A stretch of DNA of 32,000 bases, taken from Ignicoccus hospitalis KIN4/I (GTDB taxonomy: Archaea > Thermoproteota > Thermoprotei_A > Sulfolobales > Ignicoccaceae). The notes below the pieces were generated by a model. The model was given only the letters and a program-made list of their open reading frames with translations. It did not search any database and was not told the origin of the DNA. Below are positions 1 through 7,887 of the stretch, piece by piece. Where the stretch lies: assembly GCF_000017945.1 (NCBI RefSeq), contig NC_009776.1, positions 180,001 through 212,000 of the forward strand, read 5' to 3'. The translations under genes and the position numbers were made by a program. The number at the start of each line of letters is the position of its first letter. The stretch's first letter is position 1.

Positions 1-4
1 TTGC

Positions 5-733
5 TCAGAGATTATCGGCTCTCGTATAGGCGATGACCTTCCTTAACGAGGCCACGAAGCTCAAGGGGGCTACGAGGGGGTCGTAGGGCAAGCTCACTAG
101 GCCGGCCCTCATCCTAACCGCCATCCCCCTCACCCAGTGCTCTTCGGACGACGTCGTCAAGATCACTATTTTCTTGTTGCGGAGCTCCGCGCCGAGCGCC
201 TCTTGATAATACAAAGCGGGCGCCTTGGTTACGTAGCTTAAAGCTTGGGCGGCCATTTCCATGCTGTTTGTATATATAATCATATCGATATCCAGGTTTA
301 AGGTGAGAGGGATCTCCAAGTCCTCCAAGTCCTCTTTAATTCTAGCCGCCCTCGGGTTGTCCGAGCCCTCGAGAGCCTCCCTTAGGACCGTCGACCCGAC
401 CTCCACGAGGGCTTGCAACAAGTCCGGAGGGACCTCGCGGGCCGGGTAGGCGCTCAGCTTGCCCTCGAGCTCGTAGGGGAGCCCCTTCAGAGGGGGCCTG
501 AAGAGCTCCACTTCGTATCCCGCGACCTTCAAGGCCTCCAAGACCCTCAAGGTGCTCGAGGGGTCCCCGAGGCCGAAGACCGTGGCTCGCCCTCCCCCCT
601 CCGAAAAGGGCAAGTACCTTTGGGAAACCTCTTCGGGCCTCAACACCGGGGCAAACGTTCCCTTGAGCTCCATCAAGGCGTTTGAGTAAAGCCTCGCCAG
701 GCCCGAGGCGGGGCCAGTATAGGTCAGTAACAT
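5..733 (-). CDS. hypothetical protein, 242 aa
   Basis: ORF 5..832. I start it at ATG 731-733 (MLLTYTGPASG...) because that ATG overlaps the TGA of the upstream ORF as ATGA. Composition is globular and non-repetitive. No motif I can name with confidence. Confidence 0.6.
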   Translation of the reverse strand: MLLTYTGPASGLARLYSNALMELKGTFAPVLRPEEVSQRYLPFSEGGGRATVFGLGDPSSTLRVLEALKVAGYEVELFRPPLKGLPYELEGKLSAYPAREVPPDLLQALVEVGSTVLREALEGSDNPRAARIKEDLEDLEIPLTLNLDIDMIIYTNSMEMAAQALSYVTKAPALYYQEALGAELRNKKIVILTTSSEEHWVRGMAVRMRAGLVSLPYDPLVAPLSFVASLRKVIAYTRADNL

Positions 734-1005
734 CACTTCTTGACACCCTTCAAGCGGGCGTATATCTCTTCTTTCAAGTTCGCCTTCTCGTCGAGTCCGC
801 CCACCTCTGGGAACCATATAGGCCTCTTGCACTCTTTCCCTCTGTAAGGACAGAGCAAGCAGAAGTGTGCGCTCACGAAAGCTAAAGGCCTGTCCTCAAC
901 TCTGCCCAAGGTCGCCTCCTCTATTAAGGGACACCTCTCCCCGATCTGACCTTGGCCGTCGAGGGGCCTCCTCCAATATATAACCAACTCTCGAGTCCCA
1001 CCCAA
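733..1005 (-). CDS. small Cys-containing hypothetical protein (up to 90 aa, start uncertain)
   Basis: ORF 733..1005 whose stop overlaps the next start (ATGA). Four Cys spaced C-x23-C-x2-C-x6-C. A TATA-like box at 975-984 lies inside the 5' end, so the real start could be the in-frame TTG at 909 or GTG at 876. Confidence 0.4.
   Translation of the reverse strand: MGGTRELVIYWRRPLDGQGQIGERCPLIEEATLGRVEDRPLAFVSAHFCLLCPYRGKECKRPIWFPEVGGLDEKANLKEEIYARLKGVKK
975..984. promoter_or_regulatory. TATA-like box AATATATAAC between divergent ORFs
   Basis: The most AT-rich element in the region. It sits about 46 nt upstream of the TTG start at 1026, and a GGGG Shine-Dalgarno-like run at 1016-1019 lies 6 nt before that start. 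It could serve either strand. Confidence 0.35.
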
Positions 1006-1025
1006 GACGGCCCTTAGGGGTAAAA

Positions 1026-1334
1026 TTGTTGAGAAGGCTGGAGCTTCTGAAAGAATTGCTGCTCTTAATACCGTTAGGGAAGGTGACCACGTACTCTTCG
1101 TTGGCCTCTTTGTTGGGTACCCACCCCAGGGCGGTGGGCGCGATGCTCGCGCGAAACGAGGACTTGGTGGTTTACCCTTGCCACCGCGTAGTTATGTCAG
1201 ACGGTAGGCTGGGGGGTTACGCCTTGGGTAAGGAGTTCAAGAGGAGGCTGTTAGAGCTCGAAGGGGTGAAGTTCTGCGGTCCCGAGAGGGTGTGTAAGGA
1301 GAGCGTGGTCGACCTCAAAGAGCTGCTCTCTTAG
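1026..1334 (+). CDS. MGMT-family protein: stand-alone methylated-DNA-protein-cysteine methyltransferase DNA-binding/active-site domain, 102 aa
   Basis: Contains the PCHRVV active-site motif with Cys retained, within ...LVVYPCHRVVMSDGRLGGY.... The helix-turn-helix part is (GKVTTYSSLASLLG). It lacks the N-terminal domain of full-length Ogt. TTG start. Confidence 0.85.
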   Translation: MLRRLELLKELLLLIPLGKVTTYSSLASLLGTHPRAVGAMLARNEDLVVYPCHRVVMSDGRLGGYALGKEFKRRLLELEGVKFCGPERVCKESVVDLKELLS

Positions 1335-1683
1335 ATAGCAACCCACGGATCAAGAGCAAAGCGGTGGGCGCGACCCATGGAGGAACGCTTAAACCTCTCG
1401 TACCTTCATTATCTTCCTTCATCAAGGTTATTGGGGTCGAGTTCCAGAAGAACACCTTGTTGTCTAGCAGAGTAAAGTTGTTAGCCAAGAGGGGTACGGT
1501 CAAGCACCCCTCTCCTATAACAACGTACTCTGGGAAACCGTTGAGATAAACGGTAACTGTGTCGTTGCAGACCTTTAAGAAGTCTTGGGCCGAGGTGGTC
1601 GCGTTGGTAACAATTGCTTCGCGCGTCTTTGACAAAACCAAGTAGAAGAGTAAGAGGGTGAAAACTTCCCCTCGCCCAACCAA
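1315..1683 (-). CDS. small putative secreted/membrane protein with class III (type IV pilin-like) signal peptide
   Basis: ORF 1315..1731. The TATA-like TTATTTAC at 1733-1740 favours the in-frame TTG at 1683, giving MVGRG/EVFTLLLFYLVLS (basic residue, then Gly, then a hydrophobic stretch). Four N-x-S/T sequons follow (NAT, NDT, NFT, NST). The 3' end overlaps the convergent MGMT gene by 20 nt. Confidence 0.4.
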   Translation of the reverse strand: MVGRGEVFTLLLFYLVLSKTREAIVTNATTSAQDFLKVCNDTVTVYLNGFPEYVVIGEGCLTVPLLANNFTLLDNKVFFWNSTPITLMKEDNEGTRGLSVPPWVAPTALLLIRGLLSKRAAL

Positions 1684-1848
1684 CGGGCCCTCCCCGGTGA
1701 AGGGCAGAGGCCCCTTGCCCTCCCGGCTCAAAGTAAATAACGCCGCGAGAGAGCTCCAAAACCGCGCGCCGACCCCCTGGACGGAGGCCGTAAGGCCTCA
1801 GAATGAAAGGGGGGACTGTTAGGCTCCCACACCAGGGGGCACGATCCC

Positions 1849-2793
1849 GTGGAGCCGAAGGAGTTGTACGAAAAGATACTAAACAACGTAACGCAGCATT
1901 TAGCCGGCGTCGAGAGGCCCGTGGAAGTCCTAACGATCTCCTTGCTGTCCCGAGGCCACGCCCTCTTGGAAGGGGTAGTGGGCGTGGCCAAGACTACGCT
2001 GGCGAAGCTCTTCGCCCAGAGCTTAGGGCTGAGCTTCAGGAGGGTTCAGATGACCCCCGACTTGTTGCCCGCCGACTTGTTAGGGGGCAAGATATTCGAC
2101 CCCAAGACTGGGGAGTTCAGAACGGTCAAAGGGCCCATATTCACGAACGTCCTATTGGTCGACGAAATAAATAGGGCCTCGCCCCGAACGCAATCTGCCT
2201 TGTTAGAGGCCATGCAAGAGGGCCAAGTGACCATAGAGGGCGAGACTTTCGAGCTGCCGAAGCCGTTCTTCGTTATAGCTACTATGAACCCCGTTGAGAT
2301 GGTCGGTACCTACCAACTTCCCGAGGCTGCCAAGGACAGGTTTCTCGCTAGCATAGACATGAGGTTCCCGCCGAGGGAGGTGGAAGTGATGGCAGTCTTA
2401 CTCGACTCGGAGCGCCGCGCGAGGGAGCCCTCGGCGAGCCCCGTGGCGGGCCCGGAGGACGTTATCGACGCTATAGAGCGGGCGCAGGCGGTGAAGCTCA
2501 GCAGGAAAGTGGCGGAGTACGTAGTGGACGTGGTCAGGGCGACCCGACGGGCCCCGGGGGTGCTGTTAGGGGCAACCACGAGGGCGGCGATCCACTTGGC
2601 TAGGGCGGCGAAGGCCAAGGCGGCGATCGAAGGTAGGGACGTGGCGCTCACCGACGACGTCAAGTATGTGGCTCCGTACGTGTTGGCCCACCGAATAGTT
2701 GTCGAAGTACCCACGACGAGGCTCTTCGCCTCCAGGGACGCCGCTCTTAAGGTAGTCAGCGAGGTCCTCGAAGAGGTGGAGCCCCCCGCATGA
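1849..2793 (+). CDS. MoxR-family AAA+ ATPase
   Basis: Walker A is GVVGVAKTT and Walker B is VLLVDEINRASP. QSALLEAMQEGQVTIEG and FFVIATMNP are typical of MoxR/AAA_3. GTG start. 314 aa. Confidence 0.9.
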   Translation: MEPKELYEKILNNVTQHLAGVERPVEVLTISLLSRGHALLEGVVGVAKTTLAKLFAQSLGLSFRRVQMTPDLLPADLLGGKIFDPKTGEFRTVKGPIFTNVLLVDEINRASPRTQSALLEAMQEGQVTIEGETFELPKPFFVIATMNPVEMVGTYQLPEAAKDRFLASIDMRFPPREVEVMAVLLDSERRAREPSASPVAGPEDVIDAIERAQAVKLSRKVAEYVVDVVRATRRAPGVLLGATTRAAIHLARAAKAKAAIEGRDVALTDDVKYVAPYVLAHRIVVEVPTTRLFASRDAALKVVSEVLEEVEPPA

Positions 2794-4076
2794 GATTCAT
2801 AGTAGCCTTAGTGACTTTAGCTATTGCATATTTCATGTTGAACTCGTTGGAGCCCTTGAACGCCGGCGCGTTAGTGGCTGGAGGGAGGGTGGAGGTACCC
2901 TACTCTTGGGACGTAAGCGGGCCGAGGGTGGTCTTGGCGTCCGTGTCCCCTCCGGACGCCAAGTGGCTCAGAGTAGCTTCCTTCAGCGTTTACACGGGCG
3001 ACGCTTGGGTTAAGGGCGACGAAGAGCTCTCCGGCAAGCTAGGCGGCGCGGAGTACAAGATCAGCGTGACGCCCTACGCGATAATGTTGTACCCCGCGAT
3101 GCCGGTGCCGCAGCCCGCGCCGGGCTACACGCCCCAAGGACAAGGGCTCACGAAGATCAAAGACGAGTTTAGGAGTGACTCTTTCGTGATTAAGGTAAGA
3201 GTGGAGTACGGGGCCCCGTTCCCCTACGGGGAATACCCGGAGCTCGGTTACAGGGTCTCCTCCCTCTTGGGCGAGCCGAAGGGTTGGTCGACGCCGAGGG
3301 TTCAAGCGCTAGCCGCGCAGCTCCTCGAGAGGTTCAGAGATAAAACGCTTAGAGAGCTCCTAGGGTACTTGACCTCGTGGCTCCGGGACAACTACCGGTA
3401 CGCGCTGCGCTACTCGGGGACCCCGGCGGGGGACGCAGCGGACTGGTTCCTCTTCGTCTCTAAGACTGGGATGTGTGTTCACTTCGCGACGGCGGCTGCG
3501 GTCCTCCTCAACGACATGGGCATTAGGGCCCGCGTGGTTTACGGCTTCGCCAACAGCTACGTCAACGACGGCCTTAGGGTATTCACTACTCCAACTCACC
3601 TCTGGGTGGAGGTCTGGACGCCCAGCGGCTGGGTGCCTTGGGATCCCTCCCCGCCGCTGACCCTAGCGAGCGCCTCCGGCACCCCCTTACAGCGCTCGGC
3701 TCCTCAAGCTCAAACAATCCAAGAGCTGGGAGGAGGGAGAGGAGCGAGCGCGAGGACCGCTCCGCCGGCCCTCCGTACAAACCCCTTGGAGCTGTTGGTA
3801 ATGATATCAGCGCTCTTGTTAGTTTCGATCTACGCAGCCCCCCTGAAGGGTTGGCTCGTCGCGTGGCCCTTGGCGTTCAGGAGGTGTGTCGAGCGGGTTT
3901 ACGGCGCGAAGGGGCTCACCCTTAGGGAGGTGGCCGAGATCACCGGCATAAAGGAATTGGAACACGCCCAGAGGGAGTACTTGCTGGAGGGCAAGTGGCC
4001 GAGGAGGGGCGTTTTGAAGGCCCTAAGGTGGTGTCTGGCCCGGTGGGCGAGACGCACCCGTTACAGGCGGCGGTGA
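2790..4076 (+). CDS. transglutaminase-like (Cys-His-Asp) membrane protein
   Basis: The ATG overlaps the MoxR stop (ATGA at 2790-2793). N-terminal TM segment is FIVALVTLAIAYFML. The TGase core has GMCVHFATAAA (C229), THLWVEVW (H270) and WVPWDPS (D285). A Pro/Ala/Ser linker follows, then a second TM (LELLVMISALLLVSIYAAP) and an Arg-rich C-terminal tail. Confidence 0.85.
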   Translation: MRFIVALVTLAIAYFMLNSLEPLNAGALVAGGRVEVPYSWDVSGPRVVLASVSPPDAKWLRVASFSVYTGDAWVKGDEELSGKLGGAEYKISVTPYAIMLYPAMPVPQPAPGYTPQGQGLTKIKDEFRSDSFVIKVRVEYGAPFPYGEYPELGYRVSSLLGEPKGWSTPRVQALAAQLLERFRDKTLRELLGYLTSWLRDNYRYALRYSGTPAGDAADWFLFVSKTGMCVHFATAAAVLLNDMGIRARVVYGFANSYVNDGLRVFTTPTHLWVEVWTPSGWVPWDPSPPLTLASASGTPLQRSAPQAQTIQELGGGRGASARTAPPALRTNPLELLVMISALLLVSIYAAPLKGWLVAWPLAFRRCVERVYGAKGLTLREVAEITGIKELEHAQREYLLEGKWPRRGVLKALRWCLARWARRTRYRRR

Positions 4077-4387
4077 GCGCCCTCTTGTTGCTGTCCTCAG
4101 CGATAATATTGTTGAGCGCCTACCAAGCCAGCGCAGAGAGCTTCCCCGAGGTGGAGTACTTCAAGAAGAGGGTGGTCGTCAGAGGAACCTCCATGAGCTT
4201 GGCCGAGGCGTGCGTGGAGGCCGTCCGGAGGACCCTCAAGGGGCCGGCGCGGGCCTTGTTGGTCCTCTCCCTCCGACACGCGAGGGAGTACTTGTCCTAC
4301 GGCGCCTTCACCGCCGCGGCCTACGAGGCCAGTAGAGCTTATAGGTTTTATAAGAAACTCAAGAGGCTTTGGCGAACCACCTCTTGA
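4073..4387 (+). CDS. small membrane/secreted protein, third gene of the MoxR module (104 aa)
   Basis: ORF 3995..4387. The in-frame GTG at 4073-4075 overlaps the TGA at 4074-4076 of the TGase-like gene (GTGA). The product starts VSALLLLSSAIILLSAYQASA (TM or signal segment) and continues with a helical Ala/Arg/Tyr-rich domain. Confidence 0.5.
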   Translation: MSALLLLSSAIILLSAYQASAESFPEVEYFKKRVVVRGTSMSLAEACVEAVRRTLKGPARALLVLSLRHAREYLSYGAFTAAAYEASRAYRFYKKLKRLWRTTS

Positions 4388-5135
4388 TCAGCCCAAGCTT
4401 GACTAGCTTGTGGTAGCCGTAGCCGGCCTTTATGGCGCTCAACACCTTTTCTTGACTTTCCTTCGGGACGTAGCTGCCGCCCACGCGGGTGGCCCCTAAG
4501 AGCTTCGCGAAGTACGGGTGAACGGTGGCGGTAGGCCCCAACAAGACCTTCTCCTTGGCCGAAACCTTATCTAAGACGTAAGGCCCCCGAGGGTCTAGCA
4601 AGGAGGCCCCGGTGGCTATTACAACCTCTGCGCTGTCCTCCAGTAAAACGTAAGAGCCGGGGTAGGCTTCTACCCCGAGCTGCTTGGCCTCGCAGCGCAA
4701 CCTGTAGTTGTCTTCGTACAATATCACTCGCGCCCCCCTCTCCACTATTTCGTCTAGGACCCTCCTCATGTATCCTATCATTATTACCTTGTCTCCTTTT
4801 TTAATGTCCACCACGTCGATTAACGACGTCGAGTCGAAGTCCACTTCACCTCCCTCGTCTATCCATTTGTGGGTGAGGGCTGACATAGTCGCCAGCGCGA
4901 GCGAGGTCTCTGCCTCCCCCTTCCAAGCGAGGGAAAAGACCTTCCTCACGTACGCTTTTGGCTCCACGACCTCTGTCAAGCCCTCGCACTCCGGCAAGAA
5001 CGCGAAGCCCATGCGTCCGTCAACGAGTGCGTAGCTCAACTTTCTACATAAACAGTAGTCCTCTACACGGGAGGAAGAATACTGGGAAAGAACCGACTTA
5101 AGCGTGGCCAGGAGCGCGTTGGAGAGGACGTTCAA
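4359..5135 (-). CDS. DUF4213/DUF364-type Rossmann-like protein (putative heavy-metal chelation domain family)
   Basis: 258 aa. The pattern KVIMIGYMRRVLDEI...ARVILYE...AEVVIATGASLL...KVLLGPTATVHPYFAKLLGATRVGGSYV matches my recollection of DUF364 architecture. TTG start. Confidence 0.6.
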   Translation of the reverse strand: MNVLSNALLATLKSVLSQYSSSRVEDYCLCRKLSYALVDGRMGFAFLPECEGLTEVVEPKAYVRKVFSLAWKGEAETSLALATMSALTHKWIDEGGEVDFDSTSLIDVVDIKKGDKVIMIGYMRRVLDEIVERGARVILYEDNYRLRCEAKQLGVEAYPGSYVLLEDSAEVVIATGASLLDPRGPYVLDKVSAKEKVLLGPTATVHPYFAKLLGATRVGGSYVPKESQEKVLSAIKAGYGYHKLVKLGLIKRWFAKAS

Positions 5136-5179
5136 GCTATCGATCCCTCAACCGTGAAGGCGCGTCGGGGTAGAAAGCT

Positions 5180-5482
5180 TCAGTTGGGGCTCAAGTCTTC
5201 CCTTAGCTTCACTTCGAGTATCTGAGCGTTCTTGGTTTCTATTTGGTACAATATAGTTAAGAGGTCCACGAGCTCCACTACACGCCTAACTCTCCTTAAG
5301 TCAACAAGGTCATTACGAATCTCATTCCCGCTAACGCACGGAAACTGTTTAAAGAGTTCTATGCAGGACTCTTTAACTTCTTCGTTTGCCTCGAGGGAGT
5401 CGAGGACGGCAATCAGCTCCTTCAGGGGCACGCAGCCACTTCTCTTCCCCAACCTCTTACTTACCTCTTCTACACATTGCAA
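5180..5482 (-). CDS. hypothetical protein, 100 aa
   Basis: Helical Glu/Leu/Val-rich ORF on the same strand as, and downstream of, rrp42. The opposite-strand ORF 5232..5519 is Ser/Thr-rich low complexity and looks spurious. TTG start preceded by TATA-like elements at about 5528-5550. Confidence 0.5.
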   Translation of the reverse strand: MQCVEEVSKRLGKRSGCVPLKELIAVLDSLEANEEVKESCIELFKQFPCVSGNEIRNDLVDLRRVRRVVELVDLLTILYQIETKNAQILEVKLREDLSPN

Positions 5483-5566
5483 ACGGTCGTCCCGGAGTCT
5501 GATGTTACAGACGCAGTAATCAGACGTTCTGTACCTTTAGACCACTTAAAGTACGTGAACGTAAGG

Positions 5567-6397
5567 TCAGCGCTCCGCTAAGCTCTTCTCTAGGACCTCC
5601 AACAGCTCCTTATACTTGGAGTAGGCCAAGTTGAAGGCAGTGGTACTCTTATCCAAGTCCAGCCAAGCGGGCCCGCTCTTCTGTAGTCCCACCAACCTCC
5701 CCCTTTCGTCGAACGCGAAGACTATCTTCCCGTCCGCCACCACTTCTTCCTCCAGCGTCGGGTCTACCATAAACAAGTTCTCGAGCACGTTCAGCGTTAC
5801 GCTAACCACCTTGTTAGCTATCGGTAGCGGCCTCTTGTTGGCCTCGTCTACCTCCACGCTCCCGTCCTCCCGGACGACGTATTCTGGGTACCTAGTGTCT
5901 AACAGCGCGGCCATGGACGCTAGCATGGATGCGTCGAACAAGTTGCCGTCGTGGTCGAGCACGTAAACGTCCAACCACACTACTAATACTTTCTCGCCGG
6001 GTATGAGGACTAACTCCTTCAAGTCTATCACTCCGGGCTCCCTCAGAGCGCGGTCTATGACCCTCGCCAGCTCTATCGCGTTCTCGTCCGGCGGGCCCGG
6101 CTCGAACTCCGAGGAGGCCAGCGGGAGCAGCTCGGCGTTTACGTTAAGCACCCCGGCGTCCGGGACGTCCTTGAAGGGCTTCCCCACCTCGACCTTTACG
6201 CCGGCTAGAACCTTGGTGTTGCCTATCTCTACCAAAGCGCTCCCGTGGGCCTTCCCACCTACGCCTAGCGTTATTTTGATTGGCCGATACTGGTCGAGCC
6301 TCCTCTTGTCTATCCTCGTCCCCCTCTTGGCGAGGGACAGTATGGTATCCCTCTTCAGCTTGGGCACGATAGGGACGTTAAACGGCGTTATGGACAT
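5567..6397 (-). CDS. rrp42: exosome complex component Rrp42 (RNase PH-like, non-catalytic)
   Basis: 276 aa RNase PH fold (RIDKRRLDQYRPIKITLGV...HGSALVEIGNTKVLAGVKVEVGKPF). Its ATG follows directly after the rrp41 TAA (TAAATG at 6395-6400). Confidence 0.9.
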   Translation of the reverse strand: MSITPFNVPIVPKLKRDTILSLAKRGTRIDKRRLDQYRPIKITLGVGGKAHGSALVEIGNTKVLAGVKVEVGKPFKDVPDAGVLNVNAELLPLASSEFEPGPPDENAIELARVIDRALREPGVIDLKELVLIPGEKVLVVWLDVYVLDHDGNLFDASMLASMAALLDTRYPEYVVREDGSVEVDEANKRPLPIANKVVSVTLNVLENLFMVDPTLEEEVVADGKIVFAFDERGRLVGLQKSGPAWLDLDKSTTAFNLAYSKYKELLEVLEKSLAER

Positions 6398-7123
6398 TTA
6401 GGCCTCACCCCCGCCGTACTTCTCCGCTAAGACCTTCTTCTGCATTGCATGAATTTTCTTGATGCCCTCCCAAGCCAGCTTGAGGGCTTGGGGGAACTCG
6501 CGGGGCTCCAAAACTCCGTTTAGCTGTAACAACACTATCTTGTTCAAAGACGGTATAGCCGCTACGGGCATGTCAGCCTCTCCGTACATGTCCTCCAGCT
6601 CGTCTATGTCCAGTACTAAGGTCCCTTGAACCTTTCCCACAGCGACCCCCGCAACTAATCCCTTCATGGGTATGCCGGCGTCGGCCAGAGCGAGGGAGGC
6701 AGCGGTCAACGCGGCAGTCCTAGTGCCCCCGTCAGCCCTTATTACCTCTATGAAGACGTCGATTATCGTTCTGGGGAACAAATGGGTCAGTATGGTCGCT
6801 TCAAGTGCTTCCCTTATTACCTTAGAGAGTTCTATCTCCCTTCTGCTCGGAGCCGGGTTCTTCCTCTCGTCGGTGCTGAAGGGAGCCATGTGGTATCTGC
6901 ACCTAATCACCGCCCTGTCGGGAAGGACCATGCCTCTCATCGGCGGCTCCCTGGGGCCGTAGACCGCTGCCACCACTTCGGTGCCGCCTATCCTAAGCCA
7001 CGCCGAACCGTCTGCGTTGTATAGCACGCCGACCTTCATCTCTAAGGGCCTGAGGTCAGCCGGCCCCCTTCCGTCGTGGCGCTTACCGTCCACTATTAGC
7101 GGCACGGGAGGCTCCTTCATCAT
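6398..7123 (-). CDS. rrp41: exosome complex exonuclease Rrp41 (RNase PH)
   Basis: [48 protein letters not shown] and [23 protein letters not shown] are typical of archaeal Rrp41. The start overlaps the rrp4 stop (ATGA). Confidence 0.93.
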   Translation of the reverse strand: MMKEPPVPLIVDGKRHDGRGPADLRPLEMKVGVLYNADGSAWLRIGGTEVVAAVYGPREPPMRGMVLPDRAVIRCRYHMAPFSTDERKNPAPSRREIELSKVIREALEATILTHLFPRTIIDVFIEVIRADGGTRTAALTAASLALADAGIPMKGLVAGVAVGKVQGTLVLDIDELEDMYGEADMPVAAIPSLNKIVLLQLNGVLEPREFPQALKLAWEGIKKIHAMQKKVLAEKYGGGEA

Positions 7124-7839
7124 AGCAGTCCCCTCTCGTGCTTTTCGGTGGCGATAAGAACTCTGACCTTCTCAGTTAGGCCGGTAGCGAAGGCCTCCCT
7201 CTCTATTAGCTTTATTGCCAGCGTTACTATGTCCTCGAGGTCTTTGTTGGGACACTTGATCCATATCCTGCCGTTGGCGCCCACTATGATTTCGCAGCCG
7301 GTGTCTCCCTTTATGACGTTCAACATACTCTTCTTCTTTCCTATTACCCTAGGCACTCTTGACGGCTTTATTTCTACTATCTTGCCCTCTACGACCCTCC
7401 CCAATCCCTTACCTTGCACGTTCAGTATCGGGTCTTTAGTCCTGTCGAATGATTCTACCTTGGCTATGATATAGTCTCCTATATCTAAGTATTCTTTCAA
7501 ATTGTCCTTAGCAGGGTTGTAGGGCCTCCCCAGGAGGTTGCTGACGTGAAGTATGCCTATGTAGGGCGAGTTTATGTCCACTTGCCAGTGGGTCACTACG
7601 AAGTTTTCCACTACCCCTATTACTAAGTCTCCCGGCTTAGGAATGTAAGTTCCCTCAAACGGGATGAGGGAAACAGTACCGTTCGTTATTTCTGCCATCC
7701 CCGCCACTGCCGCGTAAACCGCGTCTCCCACCTTGTACAAGTACATTATTGACTTTGGGTTGATAGTATAGTTGCCCTTCACTACTAAGTCCCCGGGCAT
7801 CACTATCTTTCTTTGTACCTCATTGCTCTGCTTGTTCAC
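7120..7839 (-). CDS. rrp4: exosome RNA-binding subunit Rrp4 (N-terminal, S1 and KH domains)
   Basis: 239 aa. It has VMPGDLV near the N-terminus, an S1-like middle region and a KH-like C-terminus (GRIWIK). It is the first gene of the rrp4-rrp41-rrp42 cluster. GTG start. Confidence 0.9.
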   Translation of the reverse strand: MNKQSNEVQRKIVMPGDLVVKGNYTINPKSIMYLYKVGDAVYAAVAGMAEITNGTVSLIPFEGTYIPKPGDLVIGVVENFVVTHWQVDINSPYIGILHVSNLLGRPYNPAKDNLKEYLDIGDYIIAKVESFDRTKDPILNVQGKGLGRVVEGKIVEIKPSRVPRVIGKKKSMLNVIKGDTGCEIIVGANGRIWIKCPNKDLEDIVTLAIKLIEREAFATGLTEKVRVLIATEKHERGLL

Positions 7840-7870
7840 CCTTTAACCCCATAGGGGAGATGCGGCGGAG

Positions 7871-7878
7871 CTAAATAT
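7871..7878 (-). promoter_or_regulatory. TATA-like box (ATATTTAG on the minus strand) for the rrp4 operon
   Basis: Centred about 35 nt upstream of the rrp4 GTG at 7839, in a 48-nt divergent spacer. A second TTTAA element at 7842-7846 could serve the plus-strand gene at 7888. Confidence 0.35.
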
Positions 7879-7887
7879 GGTGGTTGC

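Noticed and set aside
1803-2174. 123-aa ATG-initiated ORF overlapping the moxR 5' end in another frame
   Set aside because: The translation is Arg/Gly-rich, and the moxR frame carries Walker A/B motifs across the same nucleotides.
5497-5525. 7-bp inverted repeat GTCTGAT...ATCAGAC with a 15-nt loop downstream of rrp42, with a second GTCTG allowing an alternative 5-bp hairpin
   Set aside because: The stems are short and there are no box motifs or T-run. This is plausibly chance or a minor leader structure of the 100-aa ORF, and too weak to call a riboswitch or sRNA.
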